A stretch of 64,000 nt of DNA from Phoronis australis (Eukaryota; Animalia; Phoronida): the NCBI GenBank assembly GCA_002633005.1, contig NMRA01000088.1, positions 988,367 to 1,052,366 on the forward strand, given 5' to 3'. The position numbers were made by a program, and so were the translations under genes. The notes under the pieces are model-generated. The model was not told where the DNA came from. It did not search any database and was given only the letters and a program-made list of their open reading frames with translations. Positions 61,616-64,000 of this stretch are shown here, one piece after another. Position 1 is the first letter of the stretch, and each line of letters begins with the position of its first letter.

Positions 61616-62669
61616 TCAGTCAGTGGGTGGGTATATGTTTGAGCCCGAGTATAATGAGACAGAGTACGCACAGGCACAATTTGCAAGTGTTCCGCGACAC
61701 ACTCCCACTGGATGGTGACCTGAGCACACAAACTGCTTACATCCTGCCGTTGTGACTCCCTCACCACACACCTGGTACCGTCGAAATAGCTCCAATACTT
61801 TAGACAAGTCCACAATAAACGTTTCAAAGTTTGGCTCGCCGATCTGTTCATAGGACGACGAACTGTCCTCGTCACTGTGCGTCGAACTGGGCCTGCATTC
61901 ACTCCCACTACTCAACATTGCTCCGCTTACAGGCTCTGGGCTAGAGACAACAGCACAGGGCGAATCACTGCTAGTTCCAGAATTGCACGCTCTGGAGGTA
62001 CGTTCGGAGGCACGGGTGACAGTAGATGAAGCCTTGCCCCCAGTCACTGTAGTGGCCACAGCTCGCGATTTGCTTCTCGCTTCAAAAACGCACTTCTCGG
62101 GGTCGGCGACGAGGCACTGCCGGGAATCAACAGCGACGGTATGGCACCCTTCTTTAGGCGTTGTTTCGAAGGGGCCTTCATTAATTAAGCGTACATATCT
62201 CTCTCGTAATCTGACGGCAGAAAATGCTTGCCATACACTCGGTAACCCTCCACTGCTTTGAACTTTGCGTTGACGAGTAATGCTGCGTTCTTCACACGAA
62301 CGAGCCAAATGTGTGTCATCGTTCGGAAAGCGATGCAAAAGCCCCTTCAAAACGCGCGTGAGATGACAATGAATACACCCTGGTATACAGCAACAGTGCG
62401 GCATGTTGACTGACTCGTAAACAAAAGCAAACGACGAACGAACTTGTCACAACCGAGGTAGAACGATGACTGACTCGACAGCTCTCACAGTCATACCATA
62501 TGAAAAGAAATTGGCGCGAAATTCTTGCCTCCCAAAACGCCACATCCGGAGTAGAGGACGAGTTATTAATTAAATTACGAAAAGCTGTAATTAAGTGAAA
62601 AATATGCCTGAGATCATCCACGCACTTTATTTTTGCTAAAAATGACATGAGAAAGGGTTGCCTTCGCCT
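61616..62669 (-). mobile_element. Truncated, frameshifted Kolobok-like THAP transposase fragment
   Basis: MPHCCCIPGC..LHRFPND, then RVCGKHF..D..RLKKGAIPSL in another frame (THAP), then FIVDLSKVLELF..QVCG; terminus ...GCCT flanked by TTAA (62670-62673); other end not found. Confidence 0.72.
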
Positions 62670-63266
62670 TTAATGGGAGAGGCAATATCGTTCTCGAAAT
62701 TTAAACTGTCGTAACAGTCCTGCCTCATTGCACGACTGAGCTTTAGCACCAACTCCTTCAAGAGACGAGTCCCATCCTGTACATGTATAGTCATCCTGGG
62801 TTCCTACCCAACCGTTGTGTTGCCACGTGGAGGCTCTGTACCAGTCTTGTTTAGGAAGAAGCTATGGACTGACGAAAAAGGCCGGTCAACTTCGGCAGGT
62901 GAAAGTGGAACTCCATGCAAAGTTACTGCTTAGACGACGCTACACCACGACCTGTGGTCAAACCATCAACACACGGTAAATGGTCCAAATCAAAAATTGC
63001 TTTTCATGATGGAGGGTGAATTTGTAGCCGCTTTAAAGAATTGCCAAACTTAAGGCTGAAATTCATTGAATCTTGCAAACTCGATCAACACAGTGACATC
63101 GATGAACTTACACTGAGTACAAGTTTAAAGGGCCGGGTCTGAGCTAACTACCTGTCAATTTAGTCGGTGGGCCAGATCTCATAGCGTTCATCCTTGTGAG
63201 TACTTTGGGGGGGCAACATAGTTTTTTTCTATGTGGCTAGATAATATACCTATAAATCAAATTCCA

Positions 63267-63391
63267 ATGTGATTGGGAAGGCACAGGTCATGTGATTGGG
63301 AAGGCGCAGGTCATGTGATTGGGAAGGAACAGGTCATGTGATTGGGAAGCAACAGGTCATGTGATTGGGAAGGCGCAGGCCGTGTGATTGG
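63267..63391. repeat. 23-bp tandem repeat (ATGTGATTGGGAAGGCRCAGGTC), ~5.5 copies
   Basis: Direct tandem units. Confidence 0.95.
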
Positions 63392-63814
63392 TGACCAGGA
63401 CAGTAAGAAGCCTGTTATGTCACAAATCTTTTGGATGTGTCAGTACCTGTGTGTACCATACGCAAAATGTAATTGTGTATTCGTAAGGAAATTCGGCTTT
63501 GAAGTTGCCTTTGCTTGCAAAAATACTCAAGCTAAAAGAATAAGGTTGTAAAACGTTATCAACAAGTCTGTGAAATAAGCTCAGAATGTCATCATGTGTT
63601 TTATGGTTTTGACAGATGTGCACTGGGAAACCAATGAAGAAAAATTCTCTTTCGTTTATTTTTTTGAGAAAATTGACAAAATAAAATCATACTTTTCCAC
63701 CATATCGTGTCTAACTGGAAGATACTATCACAGACACAATCAAGTGTCCACACAACCATCCTCGCACATTATGTGTGTAGTTGTTGGTAAGCTGGTCTTC
63801 CACGGTTATTTCAG

Positions 63815-63978
63815 CCGGACCACCTAGTGTACGTGCCGACGGAGAAAAACTATGTCCTTGACCTTCAGGACAAGATTGAGAAGATCCTACGCGACAAGTT
63901 TATGCAGGTGTGGCGGACGAGTCAGATCACGCGATGGAACAGGTTTTGCACGCAGACGTTTCGCACACTTCTTTCTAA
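63815..63978 (+). CDS. CC2D2A: Single exon of a CC2D2A (MKS6)-like ciliary transition-zone protein, C-terminal region
   Basis: tttcag|PDHLVYVPTEKNYVLDLQDKIEKILRDKFMQVWRTSQITRWNRFCTQTFRTLLS|gtaagt resembles my recollection of CC2D2A PEELIY..ELQDRIEKILKEKIMDWRP..TRWNRYCT. Confidence 0.8.
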
Positions 63979-64000
63979 GTAAGTGAATAGTGGTGTTGAG

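Overview
Repeat-rich, intron-containing animal (probably invertebrate) genomic DNA from a draft assembly; there is one large N gap, one short N run, and single-N joins at 27021, 49791, 52588 and 56681. Spliced genes reconstructed by hand: TM2D1 (+, 7 exons, one clear U12-type minor intron), a divergent two-exon otopetrin proton channel (-), GADD45GIP1/CRIF1 (mitoribosomal mL64; -, 4 exons), and a divergent SLC52 riboflavin-transporter-like gene (+) split by a single -1 frameshift that sits beside a stem-loop. Also present are a 5'-truncated divergent alpha-tubulin (+) and a lone CC2D2A-like exon at the right edge. Mobile DNA includes a hAT-type element with perfect TIR/TSD, two Kolobok-like THAP elements, a DIRS-type tyrosine recombinase remnant, tRNA-derived SINE heads and many MITEs. 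Four Penelope-type minimal hammerhead ribozyme motifs occur, two of them arranged as a foldback inside a GADD45GIP1 intron. Two near-identical tandem duplications next to single Ns are probably haplotype assembly artefacts. All family calls come from motif recognition, not database searches.
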